Of a stretch of 64,000 bases of DNA, positions 37,252-45,931 are shown piece by piece. A model generated the notes under the pieces. The model made no database searches and was not told the origin of the DNA. It saw only the letters and a program-made list of their open reading frames with translations. Where the stretch lies: the NCBI GenBank assembly GCA_963667175.2, contig CAXXXF010000015.1, positions 288,001 through 352,000 of the forward strand, written 5' to 3'. The position numbers were made by a program, and so were the translations under genes. Positions within the stretch are counted from its first letter, which is position 1, and each line of letters begins with the position of its first letter. Origin of the DNA: Candidatus Latescibacterota bacterium. Its GTDB lineage: Bacteria; Latescibacterota; UBA2968; GCA-2709665.

Positions 37252-38133
37252 GTGCCATCATCAGACGCAGACGGTCTCAAACTCCTGGTCGTGGTCGCCC
37301 ATCCGCACGACCTGTGCCACATGGGGGGCGCCTGCGCCAACCACGTGGATCGCGGCGACCATGTTTCCGTGTTGGCGGTCACCGCCGGGCAGCGCACCCA
37401 TAACGAAAAACTGGCCGACGAACTGCGCAAGCCGCCGGACCTGAGAGACCCAAAGGTCGTCCGCGCATCGCAGGAAGAGTACGGGAAACGCAAGACAGAG
37501 GAATTCGCAAGGGTGTGCGCCGTCTTCGGCATCGCCGACGTGACCGTGCTTCCGTTCTCCGATCATCCCCTCGAGGCAACGGAGGACGTGGTTGCGGCCG
37601 TCGCCGGGGTCCTGTACGAGGTCCGTCCTCACATGATTCTGACCCACGCGCCCTACACCCTGCCCGACCGGCGGTTTCAACATGCGTGGGTCAACGACCA
37701 CACCGCAACCGGCATTGCGGTGCAAAAGGCGCTGGACCACGTGGGCATTCCGGACACCGAGCAAGGCCGCGCGCCCCACCGAGTGGCCGCCGTCTACTAT
37801 ACGGGCATCGATTACGGGTTCCACGAGGTCGACGTCTGCATCGATATCTCCGATCACGTCGACAAGCGGATAGAGGCCGAGAGAATCTTCGAATCCCAGG
37901 GGCACACGGCGGAATTCGCGAGAAAGCGGATCGAGTCCAGCGCCGGATTTCAGGGATGGAAGGCCGGCGTAGGCTACGCCGAGACCTTCATCCGCGGGAA
38001 CCGTGAAATTTCCCGGTTTCTGTCCGTCACCGATGAAAATCTCCGGCTCGCGGAGATCTCTCACGAGGAACGCATTCACTGGATCATGGGACGAGATCCC
38101 CGGAGCGGCGGGGAGGCTGAGGCGGGCGAGTGA
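37252..38133 (+). CDS. PIG-L family deacetylase (variant motif)
   Basis: VVVAHPHD, GG, ILTH, NDH, IDISD, YAETF. Confidence 0.8.
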   Translation: MPSSDADGLKLLVVVAHPHDLCHMGGACANHVDRGDHVSVLAVTAGQRTHNEKLADELRKPPDLRDPKVVRASQEEYGKRKTEEFARVCAVFGIADVTVLPFSDHPLEATEDVVAAVAGVLYEVRPHMILTHAPYTLPDRRFQHAWVNDHTATGIAVQKALDHVGIPDTEQGRAPHRVAAVYYTGIDYGFHEVDVCIDISDHVDKRIEAERIFESQGHTAEFARKRIESSAGFQGWKAGVGYAETFIRGNREISRFLSVTDENLRLAEISHEERIHWIMGRDPRSGGEAEAGE

Positions 38134-38280
38134 GCCGAAGGGCCCGGGTGTCGCCCGTCGAACGTGCGGTCCGGGCACGCGGGTTTGCTGTTGCCTGCGC
38201 GGACCGCATTCCGCATATTCCCGCATCGACGTACGATCATCGCACGCGCATTCCACAACCCGATGGCAAGGAAGGTCTTT

Positions 38281-39846
38281 ATGCACAACCTCTGTTGTCG
38301 TTCCGTTGTCATTCTCAGTTCGATCCTGCTTCTGATACTCGTCTTTCCAGGGATGGCGTTTGCGCAGGATACCGCCGCTGCCGAATCGGGCAACAGCTGG
38401 ATACAGAGCAACCTCGCCGACCTGGACAGGCTCTTCGGAAACACGGTCGAACTGCTGGCCGCGGTCCTCTTCGCGTCCTTCGGCGCCGGCATTCCGCTCA
38501 TCGTCGTGGTGCTGGTTCTGGGCGGCATCTATTATTCCTTCTTCTTCGGATGGATCTCCGTGAAGGGGTTTCGCCACTCCATCGACGTCATCCGGGGACG
38601 TTACGACAATCCGGACGATCCGGGGGAGATTTCACACTTCCAGGCCCTCACCAGCGCGCTTTCCGCCACGGTCGGACTCGGCAATATCGCCGGAGTCGCC
38701 ATCGCCGTCAGTCTCGGCGGCCCGGGCGCGATTTTCTGGATGCTCGTTACCGCGGTCTTCGGCATGTCCTCCAAGCTCGCCTCGTGCACCCTGGCCGTGA
38801 TGTACAGGAAGATACACCCCGACGGCCGCGTCTCGGGCGGGCCGATGTATTACCTGGAAAACGGTCTCAAGCTCAAGGGCATGGGGGAATTCGGCCGCAC
38901 CCTTGCGGTGATGTTCGCCTTTCTGACCGTGGGAGGAAGCCTGGGCGGCGGCAATATGTTCCAGGCCAATCAGACGCTGGAAATCCTGGGTACCGTTTCT
39001 CCGGTCTTCAAGACCTACAACTGGCTGGTCGGCATCGTGCTCGCCGCGATGGTCGCGGTCGTGATTATCGGCGGAATCCGGCGAATCGGCCGCGTCACGT
39101 CGCGGGTGGTGCCCACCATGTGTCTGTTGTACGTGGCCACCTGCCTGCTGATCATCCTCTCCAACTTTACCCGCATCCCCGAGATGCTGGTCACCATCTT
39201 CGACCACGCCTTTTCGCCCCAGGCGCTCTACGGCGGCTTCATTGGCGTGCTGGTCACCGGTATCCGACGCGCCGCCTTCTCGAACGAAGCGGGCCTCGGA
39301 TCCGCGGCGTTCGCGCATGCCGCCGCCAAGACCGACGAACCCGCCCGGGAGGGAATGGTCGCGATGATCGGGCCGTTCATCGACACGATCGTCATCTGCC
39401 TGATGACGGGTCTCGTCTGTCTGATCACCGGCGTCTACGCTGATCCTCAGTTCCTCGGCCAGGCCCAGCAGGGGCAGCCGGTCGGCGCCGCGATGACGGC
39501 CGCCGCTTTCGAGACCTTCATCCCCGGCGCCCGCAACGTGCTGGCCATTGCCGTTGTGCTCTTCGCGTATTCCACCATGATTTCATGGTCCTATTACGGA
39601 GAGCGGGCCTGGGAGTATCTCTTTGGCGACGGGACGATTCTTGTGTATCGCATCATCTTCGTCGTCTTTGTCTTCCTGGGCGCCGTTACCGCGCTGACCA
39701 ACGTACTGAACTTCACCGACATGATGATTCTGGGAATGGCCTTCCCCAACATCATCGGCGGCGTGATCCTCAGCCCCAACATCAAGGCAACGCTCAACGA
39801 ATACTGGGACCGGCTGAAATCCGGGCGGATGAAAGTGTACAGGTAA
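38281..39846 (+). CDS. Alanine/glycine:cation symporter (AGCS)
   Basis: FQAL.SALSATVGLGNIAGVA, GGPMYY, FSNEAGLGS; start uncertain. Confidence 0.93.
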   Translation: MHNLCCRSVVILSSILLLILVFPGMAFAQDTAAAESGNSWIQSNLADLDRLFGNTVELLAAVLFASFGAGIPLIVVVLVLGGIYYSFFFGWISVKGFRHSIDVIRGRYDNPDDPGEISHFQALTSALSATVGLGNIAGVAIAVSLGGPGAIFWMLVTAVFGMSSKLASCTLAVMYRKIHPDGRVSGGPMYYLENGLKLKGMGEFGRTLAVMFAFLTVGGSLGGGNMFQANQTLEILGTVSPVFKTYNWLVGIVLAAMVAVVIIGGIRRIGRVTSRVVPTMCLLYVATCLLIILSNFTRIPEMLVTIFDHAFSPQALYGGFIGVLVTGIRRAAFSNEAGLGSAAFAHAAAKTDEPAREGMVAMIGPFIDTIVICLMTGLVCLITGVYADPQFLGQAQQGQPVGAAMTAAAFETFIPGARNVLAIAVVLFAYSTMISWSYYGERAWEYLFGDGTILVYRIIFVVFVFLGAVTALTNVLNFTDMMILGMAFPNIIGGVILSPNIKATLNEYWDRLKSGRMKVYR

Positions 39847-39860
39847 CCGCGCACATCCGC

Positions 39861-39898
39861 AAAAGAGGGGCGCTGCGAGCTGCAGCGCCCCTCTTTTT
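39861..39898. terminator. Intrinsic terminator
   Basis: AAAAGAGGGGCGCTGC-GAGCT-GCAGCGCCCCTCTTTTT. Confidence 0.85.
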
Positions 39899-40060
39899 AT
39901 TCAGTAAGACGGTAGATGAAAAGCCTGAAAGCGGTGAGACGGGAGAGGCTAGTCGGTAGAGGAAACGACCCGCTGGTTCCGGTCTGCCTATGGCATCCTG
40001 ACAGGGCGCCTGCCGGTGGTTTTTCGGCAGGCCGGGGGGAGAAGGGCGCTTTTGCTTCAA

Positions 40061-40086
40061 GCTGATGGCTGACCGCTGATCGCTGC
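40061..40086 (+). repeat. GCTGAnn heptamer tandem repeat
   Basis: GCTGATG GCTGACC GCTGATC GCTGC; the same type occurs at 45656 and 54200. Confidence 0.7.
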
Positions 40087-40092
40087 TTTTCC

Positions 40093-41067
40093 CTATACAT
40101 CCGCAATCGATACGGGTTCGCCGGTTTCGAGAGACCGGTTCACCGCCACCACGACCTCCTGGGTCTTTACGGCATCCGAGTACGGACATCTCAGCTTCGA
40201 TCCGTCACCGGCACGCACCGCTTCGATGAAGGCGTTATCCATCTCCTGCCAGTACGGGTTGCCGACCTCGATATGTTCTGACCGGTCGCCCAGTACAACG
40301 GTAATGGACTTTCTCTCGTTGTACTGGATCACCATATCTTTCGTGAATATATCCAGCCCGCCGCGATGGCCGCACGACAGGAAACAGGCCGAAAAGAGCG
40401 TTGCCAGCATGCCGTTCTCAAAAATCAACGTCGCCGCGCTCGCGTCTTCGATATCGTAGTCCTCCACATCCGTCATCAACCCCGTACGGCCCCCGGCGAA
40501 TACGGTTTTCACCTCGCCGAACAGATACCGGGCCATATCGGTCACGTGGACCGTCTGCTCGACGGCCTGACCGCCGGACGTCTGCTTCCGCCGCCACCAG
40601 GGGGCGCCCGGCAGCCCGCCCATCCAGTACCCGATGGCCAGCCCGACCGGACGGTCCGCAAGCAGGTCCCGTGTTCTGTCGATAATGTCCAGGTAACGCC
40701 CCTGGAAACCCACGCAGGAGATCACGCCGTGCTCCCGGATGGCCGCGTCTGCCTCCCGCGCCGTATCCATGCCGAGCGAGATCGGTTTCTCCACGAATAG
40801 CGCGATTCCCTTTTCCGCTGCCAGAATCTCCTGCGTCTCGTGCGCAAATGGCGGGATGCAGACGTAGACCGCATCCAATTCCACGTCGTTCAACATGGAC
40901 CGGTAATCCGTGAAGACCCTTGCATCCCACTCCGCCGCGGCCTCGGCGGCCTTCGCCCGTTCCACGTCGCAAATGGCCACCACCGACACGTCGTCCATGC
41001 ATTTCAAATGCCGGCGATGCGCGCGTGAGATATTTCCCGCGCCTATAAACCCGACTTTCACCGTCAT
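40093..41067 (-). CDS. Gfo/Idh/MocA family oxidoreductase
   Basis: GFIGAG, EKP, GG...EQTVH..D. Confidence 0.92.
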   Translation of the reverse strand: MTVKVGFIGAGNISRAHRRHLKCMDDVSVVAICDVERAKAAEAAAEWDARVFTDYRSMLNDVELDAVYVCIPPFAHETQEILAAEKGIALFVEKPISLGMDTAREADAAIREHGVISCVGFQGRYLDIIDRTRDLLADRPVGLAIGYWMGGLPGAPWWRRKQTSGGQAVEQTVHVTDMARYLFGEVKTVFAGGRTGLMTDVEDYDIEDASAATLIFENGMLATLFSACFLSCGHRGGLDIFTKDMVIQYNERKSITVVLGDRSEHIEVGNPYWQEMDNAFIEAVRAGDGSKLRCPYSDAVKTQEVVVAVNRSLETGEPVSIADV

Positions 41068-41097
41068 CCGCAGATCCTTTTCAGAATACGATCCCTA

Positions 41098-41156
41098 TCA
41101 GCCCGTTGAAAGAGTCCATCCGGGCTGCCTGCCTGGCCGGCAGACAGGCGGCCGGC
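41098..41156. mobile_element. Truncated MITE copy 3 with a 21-bp mini-hairpin insert
   Basis: CAGCCCGTTGAAAGAGTCCATCCGGGCT then CCTGCCTGGCCGGCAGACAGG (41128-41148). Confidence 0.75.
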
Positions 41157-41168
41157 GCCGTCCGCCAA

Positions 41169-43943
41169 CTATTTCAACTCTTGCTTCAACGCCCTGATCG
41201 TCTCCTCCAGCGCTTTCATCTCCTTGCCGGCCTGCTCCCAGTCCCACCGCTGCATGGCCGAACGCACGCGGGAATAGTGCGCATCGGCCTTTGCCGCCAG
41301 TTCGGCAGCGGAACGTCCGGTCTGCACGGCTTCGGTCGCCGCCGGCGCCTCCTCCTCACCGACCGCAACGGTGGCGCCCGCTCCGGCCCCGAACAACTCC
41401 GACAGGGCCTCTTCGAACGTATTCCGCATCACCACCTGCCCGCCGAATGCGACAATCACCTGCTTCAACTCCGGAATCGCCGTACTGCGTTCCTGCTGCC
41501 GCCTGGGCGGAGGTTGGCCGCCGGGCATGCCCTCTTCCTGTCCGTACGCCTGCTGTTCGGGCTCCTGCCTCGCCTGCAGATAGATGGGTTCGACGTAGAT
41601 GAACGAGCGCTCCACCGGGATGGCCAGCAGGTTTCCGCGGATCACCTCCGAACCCCGCTGCCCCCACAACGTGAGCTGACTGGAGATTTCCGGCTGCTGG
41701 TCCACCCGCGCTTCGATCTGCATCGGGCCGTAGATCAGCTTGTCTTTGGGCAGTTTGTACACCAGGAGATGCCCGTAGTTTTCACCGTCGGACCGAGCCG
41801 CGAGCCAGGCGATCATATTGTCCCGCTTTTCAGGCGTGAACGGGACCATCAGCAGGAATTCCTCCCGCTGCTCGCCAGGCAGCTTGACGATAATGTAGTA
41901 GGGCAGCATCTCCTGTGGCTGGTCGCTGTAGATCTCGTTCGGAATCTCCCAGAGATCCTCCTGGTTGAAGAAGACGTTGACGTCTTCCATGTGATACGTC
42001 CGATACATGATCGCCTGCCTGAAAAACAAGTCGATGGGATACCGCACGTGCGCCCTGAGACCTTCCGGCATCGCGGACATCGGCTGGAACACGCCCGGGA
42101 ACATCTCACCGTAAGCTCGAATCAGCGGATCTTCCGTATCCACCTGATAGAACGTGACCGTGCCGTTATACGCGTCTACCACAACCTTCACGGAATTCCT
42201 GATATAGTTGATCCTCATCCGCCCGGAGCGCGTCGAATACGGATACATGTCCGAGATCGTGTACGCATCCTGTATCCAGTAGAGCCTGCCTTCGGACGCC
42301 ACGACGTAGGGATCGGTGTCGTACATGAGGAAGGGAACCAACGTCTGCACCCGCTCCCGGATCTGCCGGCGGAACATAATGCGGCTTTCCGGCAAGATAT
42401 AGCCGCTCAACAGAAGGCTCACGTCCCAGAACCGGATGGCAAACGACAGCCGATCGATAAAACTGCCCGTGGGAACGCCACCCTTCCCCACGTACGTCGA
42501 ATACTGGTTCTCGTCGCCCTTCGGATAGTCGAATTCCTCGATGCCCGTCTTCACGACCACGTAGGCGTAGGTTCTCTCGCCGTAATAGATCTCGGGCCTC
42601 TCCACCTCCAGCCCGGAAACCGAAACGGGCGGTATGTCCTTGACCATAAACGCCGGCAGGCCCTCCGGGGTCACGTGGTTGACCGGGCTTATGGCCACCC
42701 CGTATCCGTGGGTATACTGCAGGCGCTCGTTGACCCAGTTCCTCGCCTGTGCCGGCAATCGGTTGGTATCCAGTTCCCGGGCGGACAACATCACCTGCCT
42801 GTAAACCCCGTCTATGGTGTACCGGTCCACGTCCACACTCGGAAATACGTAGTACGGCCGGATCTCCTGCACCTGCTGATAGGTCTGTTTCAGAGGGCGT
42901 TCATCCCAGATCCGGATGTTCCGCATCGTCAGGGGATTTGCCTGAATATCCGCCAACGTCAGGTCTTCGGAAGCCTCGAAGGGCTGCTCGACGATCCGGT
43001 CCAGCCCGTACGCCCGGTTCGTCGCCTCGATATTGTATTCGATGAAGGGGCGTTCCCGGCGGAGTTCGCTTGGCTCCACCACCAGCTTCTGCACCACGGT
43101 CGCGGGGACCGCTCCCACGACGATGGCGCCGATAACCAGCACACCGACGCCCCTGAGCGGCAACCGGGTATTGGGCTTCCTGACGTTCAGAAACAGGAAA
43201 ACCGCCGTCGCCAGAAAGACGATCACCATCACCCAGTAAGCCCAGATCTGAACGTTGACGTCCACGTAACCGGCGCCGAAAAACCGCCCCTGCGAATAGA
43301 GCAGGCCGTAGATCTTCAGCCGGTACTTCCACGCCAGCGCCAGAAGGAATACGCCGCCCAGTCCCGAGAGATGGGCCATGGGACGTTCTCCCACCTCGAG
43401 CCCTTCCCGGATTCCAATGCCCCCCGCCGACACGTACATCACCACCGCGATCAGCGCCGACAGCACCAGCGCCGCAATCAGAAACCCGGAAAGGAAATCG
43501 TAAAACGGCAGCAGGAACACGTAGAAGCCCACCTCCCGTTCGAAAATCGGATCCACGGCGCCGAAGGGCTGTTCGTAGATGTACCTCAGCAGAACCGGCC
43601 ACTGGCCGGCGCCGACGTTGCCCAGGATGAGAACCAGTACGGCCGCGATGAACACCTGGGTTTTCCTGGACTGCAATACTCCGCCGGGTTCGTCGTCAAC
43701 CCGTACCGCCCTCTGTGTCACGCGTCCCGCAATCCACAGGTTCACCCCCACGACAATTGCCGCGATTGCGCCGAAAATCATGCCCGATCCGAAGCGGGCG
43801 CGAATGATGCGCCAGAACACCGAATCGTATTCCAGGCTCCTGAACCACAGCCAGTCGGTATAGTACGATACCAGGAAACTGATTCCGAAAAACCCGCCAA
43901 CCAGCACGGCAAGAACGATCCATCCCCGCGGACGCCGATCCAT
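41169..43943 (-). CDS. UPF0182 family membrane protein
   Basis: DWLWF, DP.F...VGFYVF.LP, NIRIWD, YTHGYG, NYIRNSVK, VIRGNLL. Confidence 0.93.
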   Translation of the reverse strand: MDRRPRGWIVLAVLVGGFFGISFLVSYYTDWLWFRSLEYDSVFWRIIRARFGSGMIFGAIAAIVVGVNLWIAGRVTQRAVRVDDEPGGVLQSRKTQVFIAAVLVLILGNVGAGQWPVLLRYIYEQPFGAVDPIFEREVGFYVFLLPFYDFLSGFLIAALVLSALIAVVMYVSAGGIGIREGLEVGERPMAHLSGLGGVFLLALAWKYRLKIYGLLYSQGRFFGAGYVDVNVQIWAYWVMVIVFLATAVFLFLNVRKPNTRLPLRGVGVLVIGAIVVGAVPATVVQKLVVEPSELRRERPFIEYNIEATNRAYGLDRIVEQPFEASEDLTLADIQANPLTMRNIRIWDERPLKQTYQQVQEIRPYYVFPSVDVDRYTIDGVYRQVMLSARELDTNRLPAQARNWVNERLQYTHGYGVAISPVNHVTPEGLPAFMVKDIPPVSVSGLEVERPEIYYGERTYAYVVVKTGIEEFDYPKGDENQYSTYVGKGGVPTGSFIDRLSFAIRFWDVSLLLSGYILPESRIMFRRQIRERVQTLVPFLMYDTDPYVVASEGRLYWIQDAYTISDMYPYSTRSGRMRINYIRNSVKVVVDAYNGTVTFYQVDTEDPLIRAYGEMFPGVFQPMSAMPEGLRAHVRYPIDLFFRQAIMYRTYHMEDVNVFFNQEDLWEIPNEIYSDQPQEMLPYYIIVKLPGEQREEFLLMVPFTPEKRDNMIAWLAARSDGENYGHLLVYKLPKDKLIYGPMQIEARVDQQPEISSQLTLWGQRGSEVIRGNLLAIPVERSFIYVEPIYLQARQEPEQQAYGQEEGMPGGQPPPRRQQERSTAIPELKQVIVAFGGQVVMRNTFEEALSELFGAGAGATVAVGEEEAPAATEAVQTGRSAAELAAKADAHYSRVRSAMQRWDWEQAGKEMKALEETIRALKQELK

Positions 43944-44146
43944 ATCTTCTCCTTTTTCAAAACCACGACGAAACGATGAATTTGACAACAAGAAAACAAA
44001 AAAACCGCTTTCTGTCAGCAAAAACATTTCGGCGGGCCAGCGCGGACGTTGCGCCGCGCCTAATCGTTGACATCCGGCGGCGTGTTTATCTTATTGTCCG
44101 TATCGTACAATTGCTTCCGCGGCCCGACCCGAATCAGGAGCACGCC

Positions 44147-44935
44147 ATGTCGGAATTTCAGGATAAAGCGGTCATCGTCACGGGCGGGGCAAAGGGCATC
44201 GGCAGCGGCATCTGCCTGGCTTTCGCCAGGGAGGGCGCCCGCGTGCTCTGCGCCGACGTGGACGTAAGAGCAGGTAGACGTCTGGCCGCGGAAAGCGACG
44301 CCCTCCCGGGCCATATCCGCTTCCGGGAGGCGGACGTCGCGCGGGACGAGGCGTGTCGCGGGCTCGCGCGGACCGCCGTTTCGGAGTGGGGCGGCGTGGA
44401 TATCCTCTGCAACAACGTCGGCATTCAGCCGACCGACAGCTACCTGCCTGCCCACGAACTGCCCGAAGACACGTGGGACGCCATCCTGAACGTCAACCTG
44501 AAGAGCGCTTTTCTGATGACCCGGCACTGCGTCCCGGAGATGATCAAACGCGGAGGCGGCGTGATTATCAACACGGCCAGCGTCCAGGGTCTCCAGTCCA
44601 CCAAAGGCGTCTGCGCCTACGCCGCCAGCAAAGGCGGCATCCTCTCGCTGACGCGGCAACTCGCCCTGGAATACGCCGAAGACAACGTGCGCGTGCTCGC
44701 GGTCAACCCCGGCGCCATCGACACCCCTCTGGTCGACGAAGCCCTGAAGGCCCTGGGCGGCGACGAGAAGGAACAGCGCGAACGGATGGGCCGGTCCCAT
44801 CCCGTCGGTCGGATCGGAACCCCGGACGAGGTCGCGCAGGCCGTGCTGTTCCTCGCCAGCGAAAAAGCCTCGTTCATGACGGGCGAGAACGTGTGCGTGG
44901 ACGGCGGCATGATGGCCAAAGGCGCCTGGAGCTGA
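44147..44935 (+). CDS. Short-chain dehydrogenase/reductase
   Basis: TGGAKGIG, NNVG, YAASK; RBS AGGAG. Confidence 0.95.
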   Translation: MSEFQDKAVIVTGGAKGIGSGICLAFAREGARVLCADVDVRAGRRLAAESDALPGHIRFREADVARDEACRGLARTAVSEWGGVDILCNNVGIQPTDSYLPAHELPEDTWDAILNVNLKSAFLMTRHCVPEMIKRGGGVIINTASVQGLQSTKGVCAYAASKGGILSLTRQLALEYAEDNVRVLAVNPGAIDTPLVDEALKALGGDEKEQRERMGRSHPVGRIGTPDEVAQAVLFLASEKASFMTGENVCVDGGMMAKGAWS

Positions 44936-44964
44936 CCACCCATCCAGGGTCACGACAGAACACC

Positions 44965-45444
44965 ATGGACTATCATCCGTTTGTCGTCCACTTCCCCGTC
45001 GCCCTGCTCACCGTCGGATTCCTCTGCGACGCCGCCGGCGTTCTTCTCCGCAGGGACCACCTCCTCCGCACCGGCTACCTCCTCCTGGTTCTGGGCGCCG
45101 TCTCCGCGATCGCGGCCGCCCTCACCGGAAACGCGGCCGAGGATACCGCCGCCGGAGTCCCCGGCATCGCCGCCTCACTCGAGCAGCACGAGTCCATCTC
45201 CACCGCAGCCACGTGGCTGGCCATCGGGCTTGCCCTCTTCCGCACCCACCTCACCGTCAAGAAAAAATTCGCCGGAAACCTCCGATTCGTAGTTCTCGCC
45301 GGCGCGGCCGCGACAGCGGTCCTCGTTGCCGTCAGCGGATACACCGGAGGGCGGATGAGTTACGAATTCGGGCCGGGTATCAGGCCTGTGATGGAAACCC
45401 TGGAAGCGGTGAGACGGGAGACGGGAGAGAAGACTCCCGATTGA
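44965..45444 (+). CDS. DUF2231 family membrane protein
   Basis: HPFVVHFPVAL, LTG, HE, GYTGG. Confidence 0.85.
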   Translation: MDYHPFVVHFPVALLTVGFLCDAAGVLLRRDHLLRTGYLLLVLGAVSAIAAALTGNAAEDTAAGVPGIAASLEQHESISTAATWLAIGLALFRTHLTVKKKFAGNLRFVVLAGAAATAVLVAVSGYTGGRMSYEFGPGIRPVMETLEAVRRETGEKTPD

Positions 45445-45461
45445 CTCCGCGAGTGGGACGG

Positions 45462-45546
45462 GACCTACCCGCTTTCCCCCTTCCTAAAGGAAGGGGGAAA
45501 GCGGGATCCTATCACGTGGCGTTCGTTTCCCTTTCCTTTAGGAAAG
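45462..45546. repeat. Paired C/G-run hairpins (REP-like)
   Basis: CCCGCTTTCCCCCTTCC-TAAA-GGAAGGGGGAAAGCGGG and CCCTTTCC-TTTA-GGAAAGGG. Confidence 0.65.
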
Positions 45547-45931
45547 GGTCCCTGGCTGCCGGTGGTTTCTCGGCAGGCAGGGGGGATAGGTATGCGCCCG
45601 TTATGGTGCTGCCACGTGTCGGCGTTGCCGTAAACGGGTTTGGCTTGTGATTCAAGCTGAACGCTGATGGCTGAAAGCTGCTTCTTGATGCTATTTGCCT
45701 TTCCCTTTGTGTCTTTGTGTCTCCGTGTGAGTTGATTTTCGGTTTCGACCGAGCTCCGACGCCTGCGTTTCTCCCCTCTCCCCGCATTGTTTGCGTTTCG
45801 TTCTTGATCGGAGAGGCGTTGTACGCTACCTTTCGAGCGAAGGACGCGAGCGCGTCTACGCCGTTCCGGGCGCCGTTTTTCGCCGCGGCCCGGACACTTC
45901 CACGTCGAGTTGTTCGGAAGGCCTCTACAGC

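Noticed and set aside
38134-38280. Glycine riboswitch before the alanine/glycine symporter
   Set aside because: I could not find the GGAGA...CCGAAG...CTCTCAGG hallmarks.
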